The position numbers and the translations under genes were made by a program. Below the pieces are notes generated by a model, which made no database searches, was not told the DNA's origin, and was given only the letters and a program-made list of their open reading frames with translations. From the human T2T-CHM13v2.0 reference genome, Homo sapiens, in NCBI GenBank assembly GCA_009914755.4, contig CP068257.2, forward strand, positions 41,920,001 through 41,984,000: DNA of 64,000 nucleotides. The letters run 5' to 3'. Of this stretch, positions 27,872 through 42,851 are shown piece by piece. The number at the start of each line of letters is the position of its first letter. Position 1 is the stretch's first letter.

Positions 27872-30189
27872 CTGAAATGTAAAAGAAAAAGGTGTTGGAA
27901 TGCTCCATCCACACTACATTTCACCCTAAACATACCTACTAGTTAAGAGGAACTTAACGTATTTAGAGCTTCCCTCACATTTTAGATGTCCAATTCTATA
28001 ATGTGAATTAATAACATCTGTCTACGTGAGGCTACAGGAAAATGGGAAACTTCAGCAATGATATCACATAATACCGCCTTTCATAGCCTCACATAATCAA
28101 GAGTCTCGATTGCAGAGAGGGTCCCACGGGAAGCCTCACAAACCATATTTATTGATTCATTTCTTTTATTACCAATCCTGCATTAACATACAGGTTACCC
28201 TCAATTTGTAAGAGTACTATACTCTCAAAGTTCAATTCAGCCATCTAAAACCTAATGACATATTTTCATTCAATGAACATTACGCATGACATCCAGGTAG
28301 CCAGGTCAGGCCACAGGACTACATAATCACAGTACAAGGAATGAAGAATACTACAACCCAACCATCCCTCACAACCAACAGAGCAGTTTACTGAATAGGA
28401 CAGGACTTTATAAGCTGTTTTGGGATTGAACCGTGGCTGGCAATGCAGAGTCTGATGAAAGTCAGAAACTACAGGACTTTGGTTTCTGCAAATACTGCAA
28501 AATACAGAGAACCCAAACACTTTACACTGCAGAGCAATAAAAAGGCTAGACAAATATTTTTTGCAAAGCCTTTGAAATAATGAATGAATTTGCAAGAAAT
28601 CAAAGGAAAACATCTCTGATCAGGAACAAAGTAAGAGCACAAAATCTTAGAGGAAAGTGCAAAAGATGCTACAATTCCAAAAGACTAGAGCTTCAGTTAC
28701 AGTGGCTTCACGCAGAGGGACCGAGCGAAAAGCCTCAGAGAGACACGGACATTCATTTCACAGGCCCTGCAGAAACCAGAAGAGAGGAAACTTTCAAGCT
28801 TAGCATGAATTCACATTTTTGGCAGGCCTGAAAAATCCCCAAGCCAGTAATTTTAATATAAAACAGACCTGGGATAGAAGCTCCCCCAGCTTCCTGGACA
28901 TTAAAGGAAAGGATCCTCAACCTGGTCTTCAAAGAATTCCCACAAATACATACTAGCAAATGGGAGTTCATAACAAAAATCATAATATGACGCATGAGAA
29001 AAAGAAGACCAGGTAAGCAACAGCCAGCACAAAGAACCAATAACAGGGCTAGAACCAAAAATTTTTCAGATACTAGAAGTATCAACTGCAGAATATAAAA
29101 CTGGTATGTTTAATGGGTGAAGATAATTTTAAAAGAAATTAAAAACATAATCAAGAAGCTAGGATTACTATTTTGAATGACCAGCCAATTCAAAAATAAC
29201 AGCAGAATGTACAAAAATGAAAACAATAATTAAAATGTAAAACTCAAGGGTAATTAGACACATGGAAAAGGAGAAATACTAAACAGAAAAGACAGCTTAA
29301 GAAACTACAGCAAGAAAGAAAAACAGATTAAAGAAAGATAAAAGTACAAGGAGGCAAAGGTGGAAAAGTTCAACATTCTTCCAAATAGGGTCCACAAAGA
29401 AAGAACAGAAAGAATGAAGGAAAAAAATGTTTCAAAAATATTTCCCAGAAATGAGTAAATATAAACCCTCAGATTCAGGAGGCACAAAAACATCTCAAGA
29501 AAGATAAAAAATAAATACAAATCTACACACATCACAATCAAACTTTAGAAAATTAAAGACAAATTTTGTAAAGCAGCCAGAGAGAAAGGACATATTACCT
29601 ATAAAAGAGTAATTACACCAAAAGCTGGGCTCTCTATATCTACCAAGGGTAAAGAGAAAATAATAATAAAGCTAGAATTGTGAACCCAGCAAAAATATTT
29701 TCAACAAAAGAGGTAAAGTAAAAATGTTGTCAAAGAAAATCTCAGACATTTTTAAATGTATCTGAACTGAAAGAATTTGAAGGACAGACTTCAGAAAAAG
29801 GAAAATGACGTTGGAAGAATGTTCTGAGATACAAGGAGGGAGTAAGTAAAGGGATGTGAGTGTACAGAAGTAAACACTGGGGGGTAAAAGCAGTCATTAA
29901 AATGTCTACTCTATGGGATTTTTGAAACTTTTCAACAGAGCTAAGATACAGTCCATGAATGCATATAATCCAGGATGTAAGTATTAGAGCATTCTAAGAT
30001 CCTTCTACTGTTTAGGTGAGAAAGACATTAATTACTTTCAAGTATACCAAATACATCAAATCATGCTTTAAAAAAGGGGCTATCACTGAAAGAAACAAGG
30101 GTAAACTTTCAAGACACTAGAAGAATAAAATGAACTCAGAAAAGATCTTAGTGACTTTGAAAGAAAGATAACAGAGTAAGACCCTGTTG

Positions 30190-30320
30190 AAAGAAAGAAT
30201 AGAAAAGGAACGAAAAGAGAAGAAGGGAGAGAGAGAAGGAAGAAAGACGGTGGGAGGAAGGGAAGGAGGGAGACAGGGAGGGAGGAAGCGAGGGAGAAAG
30301 AGAGGTAGGGAGGGAAAGAT
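30190..30320. repeat. GA-rich simple repeat ((GGAA)/(GGGA)n-like)
   Basis: gaaaaggaacgaaaagagaagaagggagagagagaaggaagaaagacggtgggaggaagggaaggagggagacagggagggaggaagcgagggagaaagagaggtagggagggaaag. Confidence 0.85.
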
Positions 30321-30521
30321 AACTTGGAAAAATCATAATAAAAAGAAAAACAAAATATGACAGAATAAATAAATCCAATTATTTCATTAATCACAAATGT
30401 TAATGAACAGGATACTCCTATTAAAAGGCATAGATTATAGATGGTTAGATTAAAGGAAAAACAAAATGCAACCATGGACTGTTTCAAAGAAACACACCTG
30501 AAACAAAAGTTTCCAGAAAGG

Positions 30522-30810
30522 GGCCAGGAGTGGTGGCTCACACCTGTAATCCCAGCACTTTGGGAGGCCAGGGTGGGCAAACTGCTTGAGGCCAGGAGTC
30601 CAAGACCACCCTGGCCAACATGGCAAAACCCTGTCTCTGCTGAAAATATTAAAAAATAGCCACATGTGGTGATGTGTACCTGTAGTCCCAACTACTAGAG
30701 AGGCTGAGGCAGGAGAATCTCTTGAATGCAGGAGGCAGAGGTTATAGTGAAGCAAGATCGCACCACTGCATTCCAGCCTGGGCAACAGAGTGAGACTCTA
30801 AAAAAAAAAG
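30522..30810 (+). mobile_element. Alu (+), nested in L1
   Basis: ggccaggagtggtggctcacacctgtaatcccagc…gagactctaaaaaaaaaag. Confidence 0.9.
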
Positions 30811-30920
30811 TTTGCAGAAAGTTGAAAGTAAAAGAATGGGAAAAGATATATCAAACAAATACTAATGAAAAAAGAAGAAAGAGAAGGCTGAGGTAGCTAC
30901 ATTAACAGAAAAGAAAACAG

Positions 30921-31232
<312 letters not shown>

Positions 31233-31265
31233 AAAGAAGGGAAAGCATCTTTAAAAATTAAGAGG

Positions 31266-31562
<297 letters not shown>

Positions 31563-31931
31563 AAGGCTAAATATTTCATACTGAAAAGTTCAGTTCATCA
31601 GGAGGGTAGCATTTTAAACTTGTATGTACCTAATAATATAGCCTCAAAAATACATAAAGGCACAAATTGATAAAACTACAAGAAAATGCTGACCAGTCCA
31701 CAATAATGGTAGATTTTAAGGCACCTCTTATAGCACTTAATACATTAAGCTGATTCTCTGATCCACCACATAATTAAGTTAAAAATCATTTTTTAAGTAG
31801 GTTTTAAAACTCCAACATTTAGAAAACTGAAAGTACATCTCTATAAGAATAAGTCAAAGAAATTATGAGGAAAATTGGGAAACTGAACAAGAATGAATAT
31901 ACAAAAATAAAACTTGTGATGCTAGTGAAAT

Positions 31932-31955
31932 ACACACACACACACACACACACAC
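31932..31955. repeat. (AC)12 microsatellite
   Basis: acacacacacacacacacacacac read directly. Confidence 0.9.
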
Positions 31956-32134
31956 AGCCTTTAATACTTATTCCAGAAAAAAATAGCTGCAGCAATGGCA
32001 GAGTAACTTGCATTGGACTAACCCTCCACCAATAAGAATCACAAATTCTGAACAAAATATAGGAACCATTTAAGGGGAATGGAAAGCAGCCAAAGGCAGG
32101 CAGAAACTGAAGAGAAGTGCCCCCTTGAAAGAAG

Positions 32135-32450
32135 AGGGGTGGCTCATGCCTATAATCCCAGCACTTTGGGAGGCCAACATGGGAAGACTGCTTGAGCCCG
32201 GAGTTCAAAACCAGCTTGGGCAACACAACAAGATCCCATCTCTTCATTAAAAAACAAACAACAACAGAAAAAAAACCATTAGATAGGCATGGTGACACAT
32301 GCCTAGAGTCTCAGCTACTCGGAAGGCTGAGGCAAGAGACTTACTTGAGCCCAGGGATGTCAAGGCTGCAGGGTTGTGACGGTGCCAGCCACTGCACTCT
32401 GGCCTGCGTGACAGAGCAGGACCCTGTCTCAAAAAAAAAAAAAAAAAAAG
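32135..32450 (+). mobile_element. Alu (+, older)
   Basis: ggggtggctcatgcctataatcccagcactttgggaggccaacatgggaag…ctgtctcaaaaaaaaaaaaaaaaaaa. Confidence 0.88.
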
Positions 32451-33010
32451 AGAATTTTTTTTTATAAAGAGGCAAATATATTGAGGTTTAGACAAGGCCA
32501 CATAGCACCAGGCAGCGACCCTCAATCAGAAACCTGGGGATGACCAGCTTGAGAAGTAAAACCACAGAGTCCAGGGTCACCAGGGTGGAAAGAAAGGGAA
32601 GAAGATACCTAGAAAGGAGGGTTTCAGAACAAGGGAGCACTAAAATGTGCATGAAAACCCTCCAAGGTCCTGGCCTCTAAATGGCACAAGTGTGAGGCAG
32701 AGAAAGAGGGAGAGCTGCAAGGCAGAGGAATGAGGCACAGCTCTGCTGCAGACCACATCCAGAGAGCCAGAGCTCAGGTATGAGTCAGGCAAAGCTGACA
32801 GCCAGCTAGGACACACATAATTCCCTTCAGGAAAAGATAACAGAGTCCAGAGCCCCCACAACCTACCTTCTGCCACCTCCAGTACACATGCTATCAAATA
32901 AACACTGAACTAGCACAGCCGGCTAGGATGAGGAGAGTAAGCCACTTGCTTTGGGTGTAAATTTAAGGGAGTATCAAAATGCCCAGTGGCCCATATTTTT
33001 AAAAATGTAA

Positions 33011-33360
<350 letters not shown>

Positions 33361-33664
33361 CAAAATTTTAAATAAAGATGGAACTGGTCACATACTGGAG
33401 CCTAAGGCAAAAGGAAAAATCAGTAATACTGACCAAGTCCATTATAAAGGGACTAACTAAATATACTATGGTACATGTAACACATGCATGCCATAGAAAA
33501 TTTCTATTGTAGTTCTCTATTAAAATCTCTGGTTTCCCCACTAAACTTTGTCAAAAGCAAGCTCCGTGCCTTATCTTTATCATCTCACAAACTAGTATAG
33601 TAAGACTGGACACAATAAGCACTCAATTTATCTACTGAAAAGTGAATCAACTCCCAGTGATTAA

Positions 33665-34240
<576 letters not shown>

Positions 34241-35055
34241 TGAATTCAAAAGCTACTCACTAGTAACCTATTTAATGAGGTATTAAGGGCTACTCAAATG
34301 TAGTGTTCATGAGGAAAATTTAGCACCTTAACTAGAATTCAGTGAGGTGTCGAATCCAGTATTCCAAGAAAAGTTCCTGCTTCAGATCACAAACACAGAG
34401 AGTTGGAATTCCTTAGAATTAAATATATTGCCCAAGGCTGCTTTCACACAGGCAGTAACAGCAGAACTGAGTCACCGCAACAGAGATCGTACGACCCCAA
34501 GAGCCTAAAATATTTTCTGTCTGACACTTTACGGAAAAAGTTTGCTGACCTCTGCCTTACAGCATGAAACTAAGATAAACCAATCTTCTGTATGTCTTAA
34601 AAAGCAAAGCTAGCATCTGGTAATAACTGTAATACAGGGAAACCTTCTGAAAAGATGGCCAGTTGAAATTCTTTGCTGACTGCCATTTAGATTTAAGGTG
34701 GCAAAAACAACTCCCAAGTTGGCAGATGTCTTTAAATTTTCATATTTGGTCAAAATCAGTTATCCTTAAGAAGCTAAAATGAAACACATACTTACAACAA
34801 CCATGTTGCCACCTGAGACCTCACGTCACTGCCAAGATACATCTCACAGAAGACCAAAGACTTCTAGGTCACACAAGAGTTAGCAAAAAATAAACCCAAA
34901 AAACTGTTTCTTATGCAAATGTTTCGTCTAATATAACATTTCTATTCCAACCAAAAATATTTGTAAATAGTGTATCAAGTTTCCAATTATCAAGTCTAAA
35001 GAGACTGCCCATTCATTTTACTCTTCTAGTATTGAAATATTAAATGTTATTTCTT

Positions 35056-35348
35056 GGCCAGATGCAGTGGCTCATGCCTGTAATCCCAGCACTTTGGGAG
35101 GCTGAGGCGGGCAGGTCACTTGAGGTCAGGAGTTCGAGACCAGCCTGGCCAACATGGTGAAACCTCATCTCTACTAAAAATACAAAACTTAGCTGGGCGT
35201 GGTGGCGCACACCTGTAGTCCCAGCTACTCGGGAGGCTGAGGCAGGAGAATCATTTGAACCCGGGAGGCAGAGGTTGCAGCGAGCCAAGATGGCACCACT
35301 GTACTACAGCCTGGGCAATAAAGTGAGACTCGGTCTCAAAAAAAAAAG
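35056..35348 (+). mobile_element. Alu (+) with TSD aatgttatttct
   Basis: ggccagatgcagtggctcatgcctgtaatcccagc… a-tail. aatgttatttct on both sides. Confidence 0.9.
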
Positions 35349-36384
35349 GAAGAAAGAAAATGTTATTTCTCAAACTAGTGTACTAAGTGTTAGACTTTTT
35401 CTTCCAATGACAAAAAAAAAAAAAAAAAGTAGGCAAATTCTGCTTCCTGCCACAAACCTCAGCAGAAAACCTGTTATACATGGGACTAACAGGCTCCAAA
35501 AGAGCAACTTCCCAGTCTCTGCAGTCTTGATCATCTAAGACACATCTGACATTTAAAAGGACTGAAAATATGGCTAAAATAAAGGTACTGGTGAACTCGA
35601 AATGCTACATAAGCAACACGAGTAACTCATCTTCGATAAAAAGCAAGTTCTCTTTACCTAAATATACAAGGTCTCAGGGCTGAACAAGCACAAGGTGTGA
35701 AAAGCAAGAAAGCACTCCTCCACAGGCCAACACAACTGAGTCACTAAAGGTAAAAGTGACAACTTGACCACCTTATTCTTCATCTTAAAAGAAAATATAA
35801 CTTGCAACCTACGAGTAACAGAATAAACACGCCCAGTACTTCAAAACAAACTAGCAATAAAAATAAGCAAGAAAAAGGAGTATCTGTGAAGTTCACTGCT
35901 CAGAAACAAGCCAATCAGTGATGCTAAACTGACCAAAATCTAAGGTAGTCAAATTAGCACCATAAAGTAATTCTACTGTACAATAAGTAATAAAATTCTT
36001 ACAAAAGACTGCATGTAATTTGAGAAAGCAATTGGCACAGCAATATTACATTTTTAGACCAAATTATTCTTGACAGAAACTTAAGAGGCCTACCAATTTT
36101 TCATTAGACAGAGTACAGTAAGTAATGACTTAACAGACTTTAGATTCTGTGCCTCTTTCCTCAGTCAAGTTAGAACCTAAAAACCTGTGGTCTATATCAT
36201 GTCATCCTCAAATATCTGTATGTCAATTTGTATCTATTATGTTACAATGAAGACATACAAAAAGATATAAAGAATAATACAATACCCACCTCCCTGGTTA
36301 AGAAAGAAACCCTATAACCAGAGTTGAATTCCCTTGGTGAACGCTACCCAAAGGCGTGCTTCAGGGAGGTGTAACCACAGCTAT

Positions 36385-36790
36385 GTCTGATATTTAAACT
36401 AGCCACGCATTGCTAATACTTTAGGTATGGAATCTTTTTTCTTTGCACGTCTGCATCAACAGCAGCATACTGCAGGCAATCTTCCACGCCATGGTGAGAT
36501 TTGTTTATGTTGATTTCTATAGCTCCAACCTATTTCCACTGATATATGCCAACTTTTTAACTAATCACAATTTATTTATCTGTTCTCCATCTTGTAGACA
36601 TTTAGGTAATTTCCTAGTTTGTGCTATTACAAACACCACTGCTATAACATTTTCTGTACAAGCATCCTGGTATCCTATGGAAAACGTTCTCTGGAGTACA
36701 CATGCAGACGGGGACTCTGTCCTCGGCATGTGCAGACACAGCCTCCACAGACACAGGCCAGCTGGCTCCACGTACCCTCCAGCAGCACAT
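36385..36790 (-). mobile_element. Ancient L1 3'UTR-region fragment (antisense)
   Basis: …ccatcttgtagacatttaggtaatttcctagtttgtgctattacaaacaccactgctataacattttctgtacaagcatcc… parallels the antisense L1 3' region (ttggacatttgggttggttccaagtctttgctattgtgaatagtgccgcaataaacat…). Confidence 0.55.
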
Positions 36791-39742
36791 GGACAGGTGT
36801 AAGCTTCACTGTGGCTTCACGTCCAATCGGAAGCTTGTAATCATCAGACTGTGATTTTTTTTTCAATGAGAGGCACCGAAAAGGCATCTTATTAGGGTTA
36901 TAATTTGCTTTCCCCTGATTACTATGGAGAGCAAGAATCTTTCCCATGTTTATGAAGCTGCTGCGTGTTTTATTCTATAAATTGCCTGATTTTTTTCTTT
37001 TGCCTATTTGTGTATTTGGTTATTTGCCTTTTCCTTATTGAAAAGGCCAAATAAGCAAATTACTTAGCTATACCTGTTTTTTCTTAAAATGTACACAGAA
37101 TGACCAAACTAGACAGGGTAAAACCCAAAAATGCCTTTCAGAAGAGCCGATGTTCACAGCACCATCTACCAATTTATAACTCAACAGAGACCAATTCAGT
37201 GGCTGGTAAGCACATTGTAGCTGAAAGCTGTACCACCTGGAAATAATACACATTAGTTCACAGGCCCCAAATGACTTCCAGATATTGACTTTTGTTAATA
37301 TCTGGAAATGATGAGGACTCTAAACTTAGGAATTTGAACATTATCTAGATACAGTTTGTCTTGAAAACATACTTCCTTCATTAGGACAATTAATTGTAAT
37401 GCAATGTCTTAAAATTATCTTACAAGATCCCTAATGATAACTTTCCTATCTAGAGTTACTAAAGCTTTGACTGGAAACTGGTTAGAAACCCCATCATGTC
37501 TGAAGATTTCTTTTCAGCCAATACTTATGTGAAAAAGGGATCGGGCCACCAAAATGCACAGTAACACTCTGTAGAACTTTTAATAACAAACAAGGGAGAA
37601 CCACACCCAGAAAGTGAGGATTTGCTCTCACTCATCATGCAACATTTACTGAGCATCTTCTCTGTCCTGGACTCCACACTCTCCAGAAGTTTACAGGAAA
37701 CGGGAGAGAGACAAACAAAGCAACTAGTGAACAAAGTGTGGTACAAGCTTCACAGCTTCCTCTCCACACTTAGTTCTAAAAGGCTGCTATTGTCTTAAGA
37801 CATTTTGTGGAAACACTTCTAGAAGCATCTTCGAAAAATGCAATCTGCACTGTGACTATTCCAGACGAATTCTTTGGAAAACGGGAGCTTGTGGGTGGCT
37901 CCAACCTGCAGATGCAGCCACACAGCTACTCCACAGAGAAATGGGACGATACCATCACCCTCATTTGCCCACAAAGGTGAGCTGGTTTTCCTGCAGAGCT
38001 CAGAGCTGCTTCTGAAGTCATCTGCACAAAGAACCCAGAAACTTTCACAAGCCATACTCTCACTGATGACATTCAACTGGTAACACCTGGGGAAGATGCT
38101 GGGCAGGATAAACCAACAGTAACTTCGAGAAACAGGAACCACATAGAGCCCAAACTCCAAGAGGCATTTCTGTAACCCTCTACCCTGTGCCTGGATGAGA
38201 AAACCTTGCTGAGCCACTGTTCTCCCACACATGCCAAATATTCTCTGGCCCATTGACAGTGAAATGCACTGTGTCAGTTACCTCAGCTTAGTAAAAGCAG
38301 AGGTGTTCTCATCACAGACACTACACCCCAACTGGAAATCCAAGGAGAGGGTTATCCTGAGAACCAAGTGACCATTCAGGAATGTGGGTAGCTCCCACCC
38401 CAGAGGCCTCTCTCCTCACTCGGGATGAAGAACCACCTTAAACTCTGGGCCTTCTGCCATCCCCTTCAATAACACCTCCAGCAGGTCTGACCTGAGAAGC
38501 CGCTAGTGTAGATGTGAAAAGGCCTTTCATGGCCTACTCAAGGACTGGTAAAATCATAGGCAGCGTGGGCAGTGAGGAAAAAAAATAACCCGGCCTCCAT
38601 AAGGAAGTACAAAAAAAGGAAGGGAAACTTTAAACGCTGGAGAAATCCACAAGTCTAATAAAAAAAATAATAATTGCAGTTGCCTAAGTGTTACCAAGTA
38701 TCAAGGAGGATGGAAACGCCAGGGTCATGTCACAGCAGCGGAGAAAGAGGAGCCGTAGAAAGGAGACTCTGGGCCCTCCACATGCAGCTCAGTGCCAGGA
38801 CAGCGCTCAGGGCCCCCCGCAATCCCAAGGTCCAGGCACAGCACAGATCCTGCCCACACCAGGCCCTGGGAGCACAAGCCTGGGTGACCAGTGGCCGGAG
38901 GGGAAGGAAATGGACTGAGGTGGTGACGAAGGGGGACACTCCTGACACATGTCATTCCATGGCTGAATGACTAAGGAGAAATACACAGAGATGAAACAGA
39001 CAGAACCCTGCCAGGGGCATGCCACCAGCTGACTGCACTGAACTGCCGCAGCCTTGGCTGACAGAGCTCACCCTGCACACAGTTCTGTCAAGTGGCCATC
39101 TCCAGCAGACACCTGAGAGGCTGATGGGAATGGGGAAAATTACCCATGAGGTATGGCTAAGACTGAAAAGCTATGACCACTACAGTAAACAGAATCCAGT
39201 CATCCTGCTGGCAGCACCAACCACCTTGAGGGGCCTCCAAGGTCAGCTGGTGTGTCTGGCCACCATATGCTGGAAGTTCCTAGATTTGGAGAGTTAAAAA
39301 CAGGGTCTTCACAAAAAAAGGCAGATAAACTAGGAACAGCCCGAAACCATATGGCTGGGGAGGCTATGCCACTGAAAAAACTCACAGAGGCTGAGTCACA
39401 ACAATGTCCCATGTACAACCCTATGAATGTTTGCCACAAAAGACATGGACATGTGGCCCAATAGCAGAATCCAGTCTGATCCACCACTGACCTGCAGGGC
39501 CCACAGGGATTTCTGGGGGAGGCAAAAAGAACACACCATGAGCCAGCTCTGCATTCTGGGAAAATGCAACATGTCATGGTAAACGCAGGCTGGCTAGTGG
39601 TTTGAAAGGGCAGCCGTGGCCTGGGAAGACAAAAGGCTAAACAGGAGCCAGTGGAGCAGGAGCGCTGGAAATACTGGAGCAAGAAATGACAGGCAACAGG
39701 GCACATCCCAGAGGAAGGCTCAACACAGAGGCAGGAGGATTA

Positions 39743-41472
39743 CACACACACACCACAGCACACACCACACACCACACACCACTCACCACTCACACACATC
39801 ACACATACCACACACCACTCACACACATCACACACACCACACACACCATGCACAAACCACAAACACACCACACACACACACATCACGCACACACCACACA
39901 CACACCACACAGCACGCACACCACACACACACCACACACACTACACACACACCATACACACCCCACACACCACACCACACACACACCACGCACACAACAC
40001 ACACACAACACACAGCACGCACACCATACACACACACACCACACACTACACACACTATACACACCCCACACACACACCACACACACCATACACACCCCAC
40101 ACACATTGCACACACACCAATATACACACACCACCATACACACATCACACATACCACATCATACACCACACAATCATACAGCACACACACCACACACACA
40201 CCACACACACACACCACCACACACCACACACACACTACACACTGCACTCACACGCATCTCAGACACCACATACACCACACACACACCACTCACACACCAT
40301 ACGCACACCACTCGCATGCCACACCACACACATGCCACACTACACGCCACACACACCACCCACATCGCACACCACACACACCACACATCACACACACCAC
40401 ACCCACACACCACATACACACCATACACTACACACCACACACATCACACACACACCACAAAGACACATCACATACCACAGACATCACACACCATACACCA
40501 CACACACACTACACACCACACACACATCACACATCACACCACACACATCAGACACCACACACACATCACACACACCACATACCCACCACACACACACCAG
40601 ACACCACACACATCACACGTACCACATAACACAACACACATACATCACACACATCACACACACACCACACAGATACCACACACACATCAGACACACCACA
40701 CACACACCAGCTGACTGCACTAATTGCCCCAGCCTTGGCTGACAGAGCCCACACACCCACACCACACACATACCAGACACACACCACACACCACGCACCC
40801 ACATCACACACCACAGATCACACACACATCACACCCCACACACAACACACCAGCTGACTGCACTAACTGCCCCAGCCTTGGCTGAAAGAGCCCACAAACA
40901 CACATCACCCACCCCCCGACACACACACCACACACACACCACACATTCCCCACACCACACACACACTCCAACACACACACATACACACACCCCCACATAT
41001 GCAGCCCACACACCCCCACACGCCACACCCACACACACACCCACACATATCCCCCCACGCACCTCCCACAAACACACATACCCCATACCCTCCACATGTA
41101 CATACACACCACAAACATCCCCCAACATACACATACCACACACACACATCCCCCTCACATAGCCACACACACCATGCATACCACACCCACATCTCCACCC
41201 ACACACAAAATACACACATCCCAATCCCTCATAGTCCCACATATACAAACACACCACAGTCACACACATCACATGACACCCACCTCCCCCCAACATATAT
41301 ACACACACACCACACACATTCCCTCACACTCACACCATAAACATGCCCCACACAAACGCATACACACCATACACCCCAAAAAATACCCACATACACATAC
41401 ACCACACCCAAATACATCCTCATTTCCCCACGCCCCGCCACATATACACACCCACACCACACACACACATCC
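39743..41472. repeat. Complex CA/CCA-rich low-complexity array (about 1.7 kb) interspersed with three copies of a 50-bp unique motif
   Basis: (cacaccacacacac)n-like sequence read directly. Motif caccagctgactgcact[ag]a[ac][ct]tgcc[cg]cagccttggctga[ca]agag at 39019-39075, 40704-40755 and 40849-40903. Confidence 0.9.
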
Positions 41473-41579
41473 AGGCCATACGTGCCTCTGACACGTGAGA
41501 AGAAAAAGCAAAGGGGAGTGGAATAAACAAGGGAGGGCCAAGCTGAGGCGGCCACACTCACACCCTTGACTCTGTGCAG

Positions 41580-41681
41580 CAGGAAGTAAAGCCGCCTGCC
41601 GGGACACCCACCTACCAAGGAAGAGCAGAGCAGGAAGTAAAGCCGCCTGCCGGGACACCCACCTACCAAGGAAGAGCAGAG
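41580..41681. repeat. Perfect tandem duplication of a 51-bp unit (caggaagtaaagccgcctgccgggacacccacctaccaaggaagagcagag ×2)
   Basis: Read directly. Confidence 0.9.
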
Positions 41682-42548
41682 CAGGGAGGCCGTGAGGATC
41701 ACACCCGAGGTCTGCCTCCACCAGTGTGGAAATGAGTGGGAGCTGAGAAAGGACATAGAAGAGGATTCCAGGGTGCTGGAAACCGGGAGAAATGACGAGA
41801 GTCCGTGCACACAAGAAAGCTTCTTCCCAAACCTCACTCAACAGCCCCAGCTGTAGGAACAGAGAAGAAGGATGGCTGGGCTGATCCAAGGTTGAAAGCA
41901 TCAGGAAATGTGATGCACACTGGGGCTGGGTGAGCTGGAGGGAGGGGAGGCCATGGAGGCAATGGTGTGAGCAGGAGGAAAGAGGAGGGAGGAGGAGCAG
42001 GAGGTCTTGCAGTTTAGAGGGAACAATGGTAGGAAAAGGAGGCAGGGAGGAGAGGAGGTATGGCCTGAGTGCTACAGCAATGTTTACCAGACAGTCCACC
42101 TGATGACAATGTGCAGGGTCTGGCCCAAGGCAGACTACTGCCACAGTGAAGGGCACAGCAAATCTTGGGAGCTGAGAAAGGCAGGTGGCCTTGAAATTAG
42201 ATTGTTGAATGAATCACCCCTAAACATGTTCAAGTCATTCAAGATAGCAGGAAATGGGGAGGGGGACACCAACAAGCCAGTACTCAGTGAACAAGGGAAA
42301 TGCCTGGATGGTCAGAAAAGTACAGTGATGAGAAAGGCTGGATGTGAAGAGAGCAACTGGTTGCTTGAATTTTCAAGGAGGAAAAAAATTCGCATGAGAT
42401 TGGAAGAGAAACAGCCTTTTAAAAATGAGCATTCTGGGACATTTCATTAAAAATAAAAATGGGCAGCTAGAAGAAACACTTCCCCTAAGAACTGGAATAA
42501 GACATAGAGATATCCACTCTTACCGCACCTATTCAACACAGAACTGGA

Positions 42549-42851
<303 letters not shown>

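Noticed and set aside
37819-38253. 144-codon minus-strand ORF in unique DNA
   Set aside because: No acceptor/donor pair. Composition unremarkable. The plus strand of the same segment shows the only credible splice-like signals. Likely chance ORF.
39616-40714. Two overlapping plus-strand ORFs of 337 and 342 codons (HTHTTHT… His/Thr-rich) and several Cys/Val-rich minus-strand ORFs
   Set aside because: Pure consequence of the stop-free CA/CCA low-complexity array. No start context, no complexity, no splice signals. Not coding.
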